Of a stretch of 64,000 nucleotides of DNA, positions 46,884 to 56,831 are shown one piece after another. Made by a program: the position numbers and the translations under genes. Position 1 is the stretch's first letter; every line of letters begins with the position of its first letter. Below the pieces are notes generated by a model. The model saw only the letters and a program-made list of their open reading frames with translations. It searched no databases and was not told the origin of the DNA. Source of the DNA: Polyangiaceae bacterium (GTDB lineage Bacteria > Myxococcota_A > Polyangia > Polyangiales > Polyangiaceae); contig JBILLK010000009.1 in NCBI GenBank assembly GCA_044376115.1, positions 32,001 to 96,000 of the forward strand, given 5' to 3'.

Positions 46884-47432
46884 ATGGCCCCTGTGAACAT
46901 CTCTCAGCCTGGTGGTGGCGGCGGCGGTGGTGGTGGACGCAATCGCAGCGTGCAAGAGCGCATGCTGCGTTGTCACGACAAGATCCGGCTGTTCTTGGAC
47001 GTCGCGCAACGAGTCGTCCAGCGCGAGGGAGATGAGCAGCAGTGCCGGGATGGCGCCTACGATGTGGCTCGCTACTTTCGCGAGAGCTTTGCCGATCACG
47101 TAGCCGACGAGAATCTGAGCGTGTTTCCTCGCTTGGCTGGGCTTGCCGAGCCGGCCCTGGCCTTTGCCGATCGGGCGATCGCCGAGCACGTGCGTGACGA
47201 GCTTTTGGTAGGCGAGCTGGTTGCTCTGTGCGACCAGCTCGCGCTCGCTGAGGCAGACTCGGCGCGCGTTCGCTTGGCCGCCGTGCTAGCCGAGCTGACG
47301 CCGCGTCTCTTGGATCACCTCGCCTTCGAGGAGGAGTTCCTGTTCCCGCTCTTTACGGAGTTGGCGCCAGAGGAGGAGGCCGCGATGTCGAAGGAGATGT
47401 TCGAGCGGCGGGACGCCCGGCGCGGGCCGTGA
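46884..47432 (+). CDS. Hemerythrin HHE cation-binding domain protein
   Basis: CHDKI, HVADE, AEH, HLAFEEEFLFP; N-terminal poly-Gly. Confidence 0.85.
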   Translation: MAPVNISQPGGGGGGGGGRNRSVQERMLRCHDKIRLFLDVAQRVVQREGDEQQCRDGAYDVARYFRESFADHVADENLSVFPRLAGLAEPALAFADRAIAEHVRDELLVGELVALCDQLALAEADSARVRLAAVLAELTPRLLDHLAFEEEFLFPLFTELAPEEEAAMSKEMFERRDARRGP

Positions 47433-47434
47433 GC

Positions 47435-48481
47435 ATGCGCGTGCGCGACGCGTTGCACTTCCTTGTGCTCCTCGGCGCGCTCGTTGCCTGCGCCGATGAG
47501 GCTCTTTCGCCAAGTGAGGTTGGCCCGTCGCCATACGGTGGGAGCTCTGTCGGCGGGGAGTCCGCGGACAGCTCCGGGGCGGCTGGGCACGCAGGCGTTT
47601 CGCCCGTGTATCCCCCACCGACCGAACCCGACGCCGTTCGCGTCGTCGTGCTCGGAGACGCGGGGACAGGCAGCGCCGATCAATTCAAGGTCGGCCAGGC
47701 CATGGGCGCTGTCTGTGCATCGCACGGTGGCTGCTCGTTGGCGCTCTACCTGGGCGACAACATCTACCCGATAGGCGTCAGTTCAACGGCCGATCCGCAG
47801 CTGCAAACCAAGTTCGAAGACGTCTATTCGGACCTGGATTTTCCGTTCCAGGTGCTGCTCGGTAACCACGACTACGGCGGCGGTTTCGATCTGGCCCGTG
47901 CTCAAGCCCAGGTTGACTACAGCGCTGTCAGCAGCAAGTGGAGCATGCCCGGCCGCTACTACGCCTTCTCCCTCGTTGGTGCGACGTCCAGTGCATCGCC
48001 GTTGGTCGAGTTCTTCATGCTCGATACGCAGCATCTCGTCGTCACCGGGGATCCTGAGCAGACCGCCTGGGCCGAGAGCGCGATGGCCGGCTCCTCTGCG
48101 CGTTGGAAGATCGCTGCTGGCCACCACCCTTACAAGTCCAACGGTTCGCACGGAAACGCCGGCCACTTCGACAATGTGAGTGGCAACGGCGTGGCGTTTC
48201 AAACTTTGGTGCAATCGTCGATGTGCGATCGCGTCGATCTCTACTTGGGCGCCCACGATCACAATCGTCAGTGGCTCGCTCCAGAGTGCGGCGTCGAGTT
48301 TACGGTCTCAGGCGCGGGAGCCACCGTGCGCAGTCTGCCGGGGGACAACCCGACGCTGTTTGAGAACTCTGAAGACCTCGGCTTTCTGTTTCTGCAGCTG
48401 AGTGAAAGGCGCATCCTCGGCACTTTTTACGACGCCGACGGCTTTCCGCAGTTCACCCGCGCGATCGAAAAAACGCGCTAG
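47435..48481 (+). CDS. Purple acid phosphatase-like metallophosphoesterase lipoprotein
   Basis: LVAC lipobox; GDAG, GDNIY, GNHDY, GHHP, AHDH. Confidence 0.9.
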   Translation: MRVRDALHFLVLLGALVACADEALSPSEVGPSPYGGSSVGGESADSSGAAGHAGVSPVYPPPTEPDAVRVVVLGDAGTGSADQFKVGQAMGAVCASHGGCSLALYLGDNIYPIGVSSTADPQLQTKFEDVYSDLDFPFQVLLGNHDYGGGFDLARAQAQVDYSAVSSKWSMPGRYYAFSLVGATSSASPLVEFFMLDTQHLVVTGDPEQTAWAESAMAGSSARWKIAAGHHPYKSNGSHGNAGHFDNVSGNGVAFQTLVQSSMCDRVDLYLGAHDHNRQWLAPECGVEFTVSGAGATVRSLPGDNPTLFENSEDLGFLFLQLSERRILGTFYDADGFPQFTRAIEKTR

Positions 48482-48491
48482 GCTGCGCGCC

Positions 48492-50129
48492 ATGGATTTC
48501 GTCTTTCAAGAGATGTTCCCGCTGGCCAAAGACACAACGCCTTACCGTCTGCTCACCCGCGACTACGTGAGTTCGTTCGAGGCGAACGGTCAACGCTTCT
48601 TGTCGGTGGATAAAGAAGGCATCCGCCTGCTCACGTTTGAGGCGATGAAAGATATCGCCCATCTGTTGCGCCCGGGGCACCTCGCGCAATTGCGCAAAAT
48701 TCTCGATGATCCTGAGGCCTCGGCCAACGACAAGTTCGTCGCCTTGGATCTGCTCAAGAACGCCAACATCTCCGCTGGCTTCGTCTTGCCGATGTGCCAG
48801 GACACCGGCACGGCGATCATCAAAGCCAAGAAGGGTCAGTTCGTCTTCACCGGCGGTGGTGACGCTGCGGCGATCTCTCACGGCGTTTTCGACACCTACA
48901 CCAAGACGAGCCTGCGTTATTCGCAGCTGGCGCCGATCTCGACGTTCGTCGAGAAGAACACCAACACCAATCTCCCGGCCGAGATCGAGATCGAAGCCAT
49001 CGACGGGGATGCTTACAAGTTCCTATTCATGGCCAAAGGCGGTGGTTCGGCCAACAAGAGCTACTTGTTCCAAGAGACCAAGGCGCTGCTCAACAAGCCG
49101 AAGCTGCTCGCGTTCGTTGAAGACAAGCTGATGTCGATCGGGACTTCGGCCTGCCCTCCGTACCACCTGGCCCTCGTGATCGGCGGTACCAGCGCGGAGA
49201 TGGCGCTGAAGACGGCCAAGCTCGCCTCGGCCCGCTACTTGGATGGCCTGCCGACCGAGGGCAACGCGCTCGGCCACGCCATTCGCGATCCCGAGCTGGA
49301 AGAGGCCGTGCTGCGTGTGACGCAGAACTCCGGGATCGGCGCGCAATTCGGCGGCAAATACTTTTGCCACGACGTGCGCGTGATTCGCCTGCCGCGCCAC
49401 GGCGCATCGTGCCCCGTGGCTCTCGCGGTCTCCTGTTCGGCCGATCGGCAGGCGCTCGGGAAGATCACCTTTGACGGCATCTTCCTCGAGGAGCTCGAGC
49501 GTGATCCCGCGCACTACCTGCCTGAGCCCAAAGCGGAGGAGCTCGCGAGTGAAGTGACCAACATCGATCTGAACCGGCCGATGTCGGAGGTGCGCGAGCT
49601 GCTGAGCAAGCTACCCGTCAAGGCGCGCGTCTGTCTCAGCGGACCGCTGGTCGTTGCGCGCGACATCGCCCACGCCAAGATCCAAGAGCGGCTAGCCGCG
49701 GGCGGTGGCATGCCCGAGTACTTGAAGAACTATGCCGTCTACTACGCCGGCCCGGCCAAAACCCCGGAGGGCATGGCCTCCGGCTCATTCGGACCAACCA
49801 CCGCAGGCCGCATGGATTCCTACGTCGATGAGTTCATGTCGCACGGCGGCAGCATGGTGATGCTGGCCAAAGGCAACCGCTCCAAGCAGGTGACCGACGC
49901 TTGCAAAAAGTACGGTGGGTTCTATCTCGGATCGATCGGCGGTCCGGCGGCGCGCTTGGCGCAAGACTGCATCACCAAGGTCGAGGTGCTCGAGTATCCG
50001 GAGCTCGGCATGGAAGCCGTTTGGAAGATTGAAGTTCGTGACTTCCCAGCCTTCGTCGTCGTCGATGACAAGGGTCACAGCTTCTTCGATGACGTCGGCA
50101 AGAAGGGCTCACTCCCAGTCGTGAAGTGA
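48492..50129 (+). CDS. fumA: Class I fumarate hydratase (Fe-S)
   Basis: [32 protein letters not shown]. Confidence 0.95.
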   Translation: MDFVFQEMFPLAKDTTPYRLLTRDYVSSFEANGQRFLSVDKEGIRLLTFEAMKDIAHLLRPGHLAQLRKILDDPEASANDKFVALDLLKNANISAGFVLPMCQDTGTAIIKAKKGQFVFTGGGDAAAISHGVFDTYTKTSLRYSQLAPISTFVEKNTNTNLPAEIEIEAIDGDAYKFLFMAKGGGSANKSYLFQETKALLNKPKLLAFVEDKLMSIGTSACPPYHLALVIGGTSAEMALKTAKLASARYLDGLPTEGNALGHAIRDPELEEAVLRVTQNSGIGAQFGGKYFCHDVRVIRLPRHGASCPVALAVSCSADRQALGKITFDGIFLEELERDPAHYLPEPKAEELASEVTNIDLNRPMSEVRELLSKLPVKARVCLSGPLVVARDIAHAKIQERLAAGGGMPEYLKNYAVYYAGPAKTPEGMASGSFGPTTAGRMDSYVDEFMSHGGSMVMLAKGNRSKQVTDACKKYGGFYLGSIGGPAARLAQDCITKVEVLEYPELGMEAVWKIEVRDFPAFVVVDDKGHSFFDDVGKKGSLPVVK

Positions 50130-50160
50130 TCGCTAGCCGTTCAACTTCGGTCGGCCGCGC

Positions 50161-51687
50161 TCACTCCGTTTCGAAGGAGACGCCTTGCGCGAGCGGAAGG
50201 TCCCGGCCGAAGTTGACGGTGGAGGTCTGCCTTCGCATGTAGGCCTTCCACGCGTCGGAGCCGGATTCACGGCCGCCGCCGGTGTCCTTCTCACCGCCGA
50301 AGGCGCCGCCAATCTCGGCGCCGCTGGTGCCGAGGTTGACGTTGGCGATGCCGCAATCGGAGCCCCACGGTGAGAGGAAGGTCTCGGCCGATCGCACGCT
50401 ATCGGTGAAGATCGCGCTGGAGAGCCCTTGCGAAACGGCGTTGTTGGCAGCGATCGCCTCGTCCAGCGAATCCACGCCGAACACGTACAGGATCGGCGCG
50501 AAGGTCTCTTCCCAGGCGATCGGGAAGTCGGCCTGACGAGGGGCGCGCAGGATCGTTGGCTGCACAAAATTTCCCTCGAGCACCTTGCCGCCTGCGATCA
50601 AACTTCCTCCTTGTTCGAGCGCCCGTGCAACGGCCGACTTGAAGCTCTCCACCGCCTGCGCGTGAATGAGCGGCCCCATCAGCGTGCTGGCTTCAGTCGG
50701 GTCCCCAATGCGCACGCTGGCGTAGGCCTTGATCAAGCGACGTTCGAGCTCCTCCTGAATGCTGCGTTCGACGAAGACGCGCCGCGTGCTGGTGCAGCGT
50801 TGCCCTGCGGTGCCCACCGCTCCGAACGTAATGGCGCGCACGGCCAGAGCCAGATCGGCGCTCTTCTCGACGATGATGGCGTTGTTCCCGCCGAGCTCGA
50901 GGATGGTTTTGCCCAAGCGACCACCGACCACGGCCGCCACCTGCTTGCCGGTCCGCACTGAACCGGTGAACGAAATCAGCGGAACGGCCGGGTCGGCCGC
51001 CATGGCTTTTCCAACCTCGGCGCCGCCGACCGCCAGGCTGAATAGGCCCGGCATAGCAAACTCGCGCATCACCTGCTGACACAGCGCGTGCACCGCGAGG
51101 GCGCACAGCGGCGCGTGCTCCGACGGCTTCCAGATGGTTGGGTTGCCGCAGATGGTGGCGAGAGCGGCGTTCCAAGCCCATACCGCCATCGGGAAGTTGA
51201 AGGCCGTCACGACACCGACCGGCCCGAGCGGATGCCATTGCTCCATCATGCGATGGCTGGTCCGCTCCGACGCGATGGTCAGCCCGTGAAGCTGACGCGA
51301 CAAGCCGACCGCAAAGTCGCAAATGTCGATCATCTCCTGCACCTCGCCGAGACCCTCGGAGCGGATTTTGCCGACCTCCAGCGTGATGCAAAGACCGAGA
51401 TCTTCCTTGTGCTCGCGCAGCAATTCACCGAGGCGACGCACCATGTCTCCACGTTTGGGCGCGGGCAGTTTGCGCAGCTCGAGGAAGCACTGGCTGGCGC
51501 TCGCGCGCAGGGCCTCGTAGTCGCTCACGGCGGCCTGCTGGAGCTGAACCAGCTGCTGCCCGTTGCTCGGGTTTTCGGAACTCAACGCCGGGCCTGCTGC
51601 CGCGAGGAATTCGAGGGAAGCTGCGCCTGAGAGGGCGCTGTTCGTCGAGAGGCCGAGCCGAGCGAGGAGGGCGGGGATAGCGGACAT
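50161..51687 (-). CDS. amaB: Aldehyde dehydrogenase family 7 (piperideine-6-carboxylate/aminoadipate-semialdehyde dehydrogenase-like)
   Basis: AFNFP, LELGGNNA, GTAGQRCTS, GGGRESGSDAWKAY. Confidence 0.88.
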   Translation of the reverse strand: MSAIPALLARLGLSTNSALSGAASLEFLAAAGPALSSENPSNGQQLVQLQQAAVSDYEALRASASQCFLELRKLPAPKRGDMVRRLGELLREHKEDLGLCITLEVGKIRSEGLGEVQEMIDICDFAVGLSRQLHGLTIASERTSHRMMEQWHPLGPVGVVTAFNFPMAVWAWNAALATICGNPTIWKPSEHAPLCALAVHALCQQVMREFAMPGLFSLAVGGAEVGKAMAADPAVPLISFTGSVRTGKQVAAVVGGRLGKTILELGGNNAIIVEKSADLALAVRAITFGAVGTAGQRCTSTRRVFVERSIQEELERRLIKAYASVRIGDPTEASTLMGPLIHAQAVESFKSAVARALEQGGSLIAGGKVLEGNFVQPTILRAPRQADFPIAWEETFAPILYVFGVDSLDEAIAANNAVSQGLSSAIFTDSVRSAETFLSPWGSDCGIANVNLGTSGAEIGGAFGGEKDTGGGRESGSDAWKAYMRRQTSTVNFGRDLPLAQGVSFETE

Positions 51688-51735
51688 GATGGACCGTTAT
51701 CGCCGATCGAAAGGCTCGGCTACGACGAATGCGCG

Positions 51736-52947
51736 TCAGCTGCGGCCGAGCAAGCTCTCGAGCGCGTCGGCCAAGCGCTCATAGTCTGCGAGCTCGTTGT
51801 AACGCTGCGCCGAAACGCGGAAGAACCTCGAACGAGGGGTGGGCCAGTTGATGATCGGCACCTGGATGCGGTGCTCGTCCACCAGGCGCTTTTGCAGCGG
51901 GTCCGCATAGCCGGGGAGGCCAGGAATGTCCGCCTCGTGCTCCGGCCGGTCGGGGAGCGGCAGCGTCACCATCGTACCGAGCAGCTCGCTGGGAGCAGGG
52001 GCCTCGAGCCCGAGACGCCGGCACAAGAGCTCCCGCGCTTGCAACAGCAGGGCGTGATTGATGGCGTAGTGGGTCGCGAGCGAGCCCTCGGAGATGCCCT
52101 CGAGAAAATCGAGCGCCTTCGGCACCGACAGCTGGGCCGTTGGATCGTCGGTCCCCGTCCAATCAAATTCGAGCTGAAAACGGCTGCGATCCGTGCGCTG
52201 TGCGTTACGGCCGTGACTGGTCACGATCGGCTGTAGCCGCGCCTGCAGATCCTCACGCACCCAGAGGAAGGCGGCGCCTTTGGGCGCACATACCCACTTA
52301 TGCAGGTTGCCGGTGTAATACCCAGCTCCCAGCGAAGGGACGTCCAGCGCGAACATGCCCGGCGCATGCGCGCCGTCCACCAGCACCTCGCAACCATGTT
52401 TGTGCGCAACGTCCACCAGCTGCTTCACCGGCAGCACCAGCGCGCTGGGGCTCGTTACGTGATCGATCACGAGTAGGCGGGTACGCGGGCTGATCGCGGC
52501 CTCGACGCTCGCGACGATGACGTCAGCGCTCGCAACGGGGAAGGGCAGGGGCGCAAAGCGCACCTTCGCTCCGCGCGGTTCGGCCCAGCGCGCAGCGGCG
52601 TTGTTGACCGCGTTGTAGCCGTGACTCGTCACCAGCACCTCGTCGCCATCGGCCAGTGGGAAGGAGGCCAATACGGCGTTGCAGCCAGCCGTTGCGTTGG
52701 GCACCAGGGCGAGGTCTTTGGGTGCTGCGGAGAGCAGCTGCCCCAACCGTACGCGCAGCGCATCGAGCAGCGGCTCGAGCTCCCGCACGAAGAAATTCAC
52801 CGGCTCGCGTTCGATCGAGTGGCGCAGCTCGCTCTGAAAGGCCAACACCTCCCGTGGACAGGCGCCGAAGGAGCCGTGATTGAGGAAGGTGACCGCTTCA
52901 TCCAGCAGCCAGTGGGAACGCAAGGAGGTCGCCGAGAGCAGAGTCAT
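51736..52947 (-). CDS. PLP class V enzyme (CefD isopenicillin N epimerase/Egt2-like)
   Basis: FLNHGSFGACP, DGAHAPG, GNLHKW, FDWTGTDDPT. Confidence 0.88.
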   Translation of the reverse strand: MTLLSATSLRSHWLLDEAVTFLNHGSFGACPREVLAFQSELRHSIEREPVNFFVRELEPLLDALRVRLGQLLSAAPKDLALVPNATAGCNAVLASFPLADGDEVLVTSHGYNAVNNAAARWAEPRGAKVRFAPLPFPVASADVIVASVEAAISPRTRLLVIDHVTSPSALVLPVKQLVDVAHKHGCEVLVDGAHAPGMFALDVPSLGAGYYTGNLHKWVCAPKGAAFLWVREDLQARLQPIVTSHGRNAQRTDRSRFQLEFDWTGTDDPTAQLSVPKALDFLEGISEGSLATHYAINHALLLQARELLCRRLGLEAPAPSELLGTMVTLPLPDRPEHEADIPGLPGYADPLQKRLVDEHRIQVPIINWPTPRSRFFRVSAQRYNELADYERLADALESLLGRS

Positions 52948-52954
52948 TGTCGCT

Positions 52955-54802
52955 TTAGGAGAGGACGTTGAGTTTTCCCTTGGGCCGCAGCTCATGCTTC
53001 GACCCTTCGAGTTCGGGCGTTTTGATGAAGGTGAGCGACTCGCTCGGCGCGCTGGGCGCGGTCCACTCCTCGAGGTCTTGTGGTAGTGGACCGGGCAGCG
53101 TTGGTTGCAGCGTGCGCTCGAGCAATTGGAAGTCGTGACGCGCTTCGAGTTCGAGCGGGAGGCCCTTCTTTAGCCCATCCGCTTTGAACCAAGCGCGTGC
53201 GCGATTGATGTTTCGGATCAGCACGAAGTGTTGTGGGTCCACCTTGGCCGCCTCGGAGAAGGCGTTCATCATCGTTTCGTAGTCACCGCGCCGCGCTGCA
53301 ATCACAGCGCGGTGATTCAGGATCAGGCCAGGGCACGGGTAGCCGAGCTCGCCCGCGCGATCGAGGTGCTCGAGCGCTTCATCCCAGCGTCCGAGCTCGA
53401 TCGCTGCGCCTGCAACGTCCATGTGTGCGCTGTGACAATCGGGGATGCGCGCGAGCACCTCGCGCAGCTCGGCGATGTCTGGCTGATGCATGGTTTGCAG
53501 GCCCGAGTGCGTGCGGAACCACTGGTTCATCTGCTCGGCCAGCGTCTCGTCGGCGTCGAAAGTGGTCTTGAACTCTTGGAACTTCTCGCGGAAGTAGACT
53601 TCACGCGAGAGCCAGCCACGTCGCTCGGCCTCATGGAAGTCGCCAGTGCCCGGATAAACCGATAGGCAACTAAATATGTATTCGTGCGGCTTGGCTCGCT
53701 CCAGGAACTCCAGCGTCTGCTCGAAGGACTCCTCGGTCTCCCCGCGGTTGCCGAGCATCATGAAGTAGCGAACTTTGATGCCGTAGCGTTTGCACAGCTC
53801 TGTGGTGCGCAGGATTTCCGCCACGGTGATCTTCTTGTCGATGGCATCGAGGATGCGCTGCGAGCCGCTCTCGACCCCGAGGCTGAGCCGTTGGCAGCCT
53901 GCGAGGCGCATCTCGCGCAAGAGCTCGTCGGTCAGCAGATCCACCCGTGTGTCACAGCTCCAGAAGAAGTTGAGCTTGCGCTCGCGAATGCGACGGCAAA
54001 GCTTCAGCACGCGCTTCTTATTGGTGGTGAAGGTGTCGTCCTTGATTTGGAGCATGCGCACCGGCAGCTTGGCCAGCGCCTGCTCGATCGTGTCGAGGAC
54101 GTACTCGATCGACTGCGAACGGAAGCCGCGTCCCCAGGTGGTCTCAGCGCCGCAGAAGGTGCAGGCCCATGGGCAGCCGCGCGAGGTCATCAGGATGTGA
54201 GTCGCGAAGCTGCGGTGCACCATCGCGAGCGTGTCGAGATCGGCCACCGCCTCGCGCTTCCCGCCGTAGACCAGCTCGTCGCGAGCCTCGGCGCGTCGCG
54301 ACCAAAGTCCGCGGATCGTCGCGAGCGGCTCTTTGCGCTCCACCTTCTGCAGCAGCTCCAAAAAGGTGTGATCCGCCTCCCCAACGGCCACGCTGTCCAC
54401 CGCGCCATAGTGCGTTAAAAGTTCCTTGGCCAAGGGCGACGCATGGGGGCCGCCGACCACGACGTGACAATCGGGCCGCCGCAGCTTGATGGCGCGGGAG
54501 ACCAGCTCGACGCCGCGCCTGTTGGCCGTCCAGCAGGAGAGCCCGACCACATCGGCGTCGAGCCGGTCGAGCACCGACTCGACCTTCTTCCACGAATAGG
54601 ACGATAGGTTGAGGACCTTGACGGCGTGACCGGCGCGCTGGGCCTCGGCGCCAAGCTGCAAGAGGCCGTAAGGGATCTGATAGAAGTCAGCATCCAGATC
54701 ACCTTGCCGATAGCCCGGCGGAGGGCCGTCACCGCTTTCGTCCTCCGGCTCGTTTTCTTCGGCGATCTTCCAAGGCGGCGGATAAAGCAGCGCGACCTTC
54801 AA
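52955..54802 (-). CDS. B12-binding radical SAM protein with a C-terminal TPR-like region
   Basis: PYGL, VVGLSC and VGGPHAS (B12 domain); SRGCPWACTFC; GVESGSQRIL; TTG start with GAGG RBS. Confidence 0.9.
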   Translation of the reverse strand: MKVALLYPPPWKIAEENEPEDESGDGPPPGYRQGDLDADFYQIPYGLLQLGAEAQRAGHAVKVLNLSSYSWKKVESVLDRLDADVVGLSCWTANRRGVELVSRAIKLRRPDCHVVVGGPHASPLAKELLTHYGAVDSVAVGEADHTFLELLQKVERKEPLATIRGLWSRRAEARDELVYGGKREAVADLDTLAMVHRSFATHILMTSRGCPWACTFCGAETTWGRGFRSQSIEYVLDTIEQALAKLPVRMLQIKDDTFTTNKKRVLKLCRRIRERKLNFFWSCDTRVDLLTDELLREMRLAGCQRLSLGVESGSQRILDAIDKKITVAEILRTTELCKRYGIKVRYFMMLGNRGETEESFEQTLEFLERAKPHEYIFSCLSVYPGTGDFHEAERRGWLSREVYFREKFQEFKTTFDADETLAEQMNQWFRTHSGLQTMHQPDIAELREVLARIPDCHSAHMDVAGAAIELGRWDEALEHLDRAGELGYPCPGLILNHRAVIAARRGDYETMMNAFSEAAKVDPQHFVLIRNINRARAWFKADGLKKGLPLELEARHDFQLLERTLQPTLPGPLPQDLEEWTAPSAPSESLTFIKTPELEGSKHELRPKGKLNVLS

Positions 54803-54809
54803 GCTGGCC

Positions 54810-55763
54810 TCAATTCTCAGTGAAGCAGACCCCAATGTTGGTGGCGAAGCTGTACGAAATACAGCTGCCACCCGCGCCACAATCGGCGTCGGTGCAACAA
54901 TACTTGAAGCACTTCCCGACCGAGTCGAAGTCGGAGTCACAGGTCATTCCCTGTTTGCACAGCACCTTGTTGGTGTTGTCACAGGGCTCACAAGCATTCT
55001 GCGTCACCGGATCGGCGTAACACCTGAAGTTACCGCCGTAGTCGCATACCTCGTTGGGCTCGCAGCCGTCGTTGGTGATCGGGTTGCAGTCGTGGCCCAT
55101 GTCGATGTAGTTGCTCATGCAGAAGCCGTCCGCCTCTGGGAACGTGCCGCAACTCGCGTCGAGGTCGCTGGCGTCGAAGCTGGCCTCCTCGAGGTAGAGG
55201 CACTCGCCGCCGGGGATCACCAGGCCGTCCTGATCGAGTTCACGGTATTGCACCTTCGACAGCGTGCCTTTGACGCGAGCTTTGAATTGCGTGGGGTAGG
55301 TCGGGGCCGCTTCCAAGGTCACCGTGCCTGCGACGGCCACGAGGATTTGGCCGTCCATGTCGCCGGGCTCGTAGGTCAAAAGATCCACGGCGTCTCGAAT
55401 GGCGCCGGAGAAAACAGGTGCATCCGCGCTTGCGAAGCTGACCAGGCCGAGGCTCGTAACGCCGCCCTCGGTAGGCGAAACGACCACCACCTCGGGCTCA
55501 TTGCTCCCCGCGCTGGGCGAGAACTCGAAGCCGACGCCGTTGGCGCTGAAGAGCTTGTCCCCGCCGGCATAGGTGATCAGAGTGCAACCCTCAGGAACGA
55601 TGGGGGCTCCCCCCTGGCCGCCGCCCCCAACTTCAGGTGAGCCGCCCGCTCCGCCTTGGCCGCCGCTTCCGCCGCTGCTGCCCCCGGCGCCAGCGCCGCC
55701 TGATCCAGAATCCCCGCAGGCGAGCATCACCAAACACAGTGAAAGACAGCCAAGTCGAAGCAT
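54810..55763 (-). CDS. Cys-rich lipoprotein with Gly linker
   Basis: MLAC lipobox, Gly/Ser linker, C-terminal CNPITNDGC...CFKYCCTDADC. Confidence 0.8.
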   Translation of the reverse strand: MLRLGCLSLCLVMLACGDSGSGGAGAGGSSGGSGGQGGAGGSPEVGGGGQGGAPIVPEGCTLITYAGGDKLFSANGVGFEFSPSAGSNEPEVVVVSPTEGGVTSLGLVSFASADAPVFSGAIRDAVDLLTYEPGDMDGQILVAVAGTVTLEAAPTYPTQFKARVKGTLSKVQYRELDQDGLVIPGGECLYLEEASFDASDLDASCGTFPEADGFCMSNYIDMGHDCNPITNDGCEPNEVCDYGGNFRCYADPVTQNACEPCDNTNKVLCKQGMTCDSDFDSVGKCFKYCCTDADCGAGGSCISYSFATNIGVCFTEN

Positions 55764-55863
55764 AACCGCAGCATAGCGGCATTTCCCGAGTAGGTGTCTG
55801 CCCCCTTCGCGCGCCGACAATCATGGATTGCGGCACGCTGCATGGAGAAGTAGTGTCGGCGCT

Positions 55864-56724
55864 GTGAACGCAGACGCATCTCAGGTCACTCATCTGCCGC
55901 TGTTTCGTAACCTGGACACGGCGGCGCTCGCGCCCCTGTTCAAGGCCTTCAAAAGCCGAACCTTGGCGAAGGGCGAGGTGCTCTTCCGTGCGGGGGAGAT
56001 CTCCAAGGTATTCCAGCTGCTCGCGGCGGGAGAACTGTCTCTCGCAGAGCCGGGCGAGCCGCCGATCGTGCTGCGGCCGGTCTCGCCGATCGGCGAGCTC
56101 GGGGCGCTTGCGGGCTTACCGCGCAACGCGACCGCAACAGCGCTGACCGAGGTCACCGTGCTGGAGCTGCCGTCGGCCGAGCTCACGGTGCTACTCGACG
56201 CAACGCCGGCGCTAGCGCTCGGCTTCTACCGCAACCTGATTGAGGTTGTGGCCGACAAGGTTCGCCGGGACAAAGGCCGCACTGACGAGATCCGCTCCAA
56301 CCTGATTCGTACGCAGAAGTCGATGAAGGAGCTGCGAGATATCGTGCTCTCGGCCGAGGAGACTTCGCTCTCGCAACCGCTATGCGACAAGCTCGATGAG
56401 CTGATTGAGAAGAATCGGCGCGGTCATTATCGCGTTGCGCCCACGGCCACGCACCCTGCGGAGCTGCGGCTCGAGGGCAAGAAGGTGGCGATCATCGAGC
56501 TCTCCGAGGGCTTCCTCAAGCTCTCGAATGATGCCGGCTTTGACGCTGGCACCGAGGTCTCCGGCGTCCTTTCGCTGCCCCGTCATGAGCTAGCCGTGAG
56601 CGGTCGAGTCGAGCGCGTTGGCACCGACGGCGCGCTGCTCAAGTTGGACCTCTTGATCGAGGAGTACAAGACGGCGCTCTCGGCCTACATGACCGAGCTG
56701 CAGATGCTCGACTTCGTGGTCTGA
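55864..56724 (+). CDS. cNMP-binding domain protein with coiled coil and PilZ-like C-terminus
   Basis: LPLFRNL, GEVLFRAGE, IGELGAL...PRNATATA; RRGHYRV...ELSEG. Confidence 0.82.
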   Translation: MNADASQVTHLPLFRNLDTAALAPLFKAFKSRTLAKGEVLFRAGEISKVFQLLAAGELSLAEPGEPPIVLRPVSPIGELGALAGLPRNATATALTEVTVLELPSAELTVLLDATPALALGFYRNLIEVVADKVRRDKGRTDEIRSNLIRTQKSMKELRDIVLSAEETSLSQPLCDKLDELIEKNRRGHYRVAPTATHPAELRLEGKKVAIIELSEGFLKLSNDAGFDAGTEVSGVLSLPRHELAVSGRVERVGTDGALLKLDLLIEEYKTALSAYMTELQMLDFVV

Positions 56725-56743
56725 GCACCGTCGCTACGATACG

Positions 56744-56789
56744 CGCCAAAGAAAGCGCCCCGTTCCGAAGCCGGACGGGGCGTTTGGCG
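56744..56789. terminator. Probable bidirectional terminator
   Basis: gcgccccg...cggggcgt stem between convergent genes. Confidence 0.6.
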
Positions 56790-56831
56790 TTTCATCCAAC
56801 GTGGTGCAGGCCTCGTCTGCGCGGCGCGTCG

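Noticed and set aside
51736..52947. Beta-lactam biosynthetic cluster
   Set aside because: No ACV synthetase, IPNS or expandase in the window; CefD-like proteins are widespread
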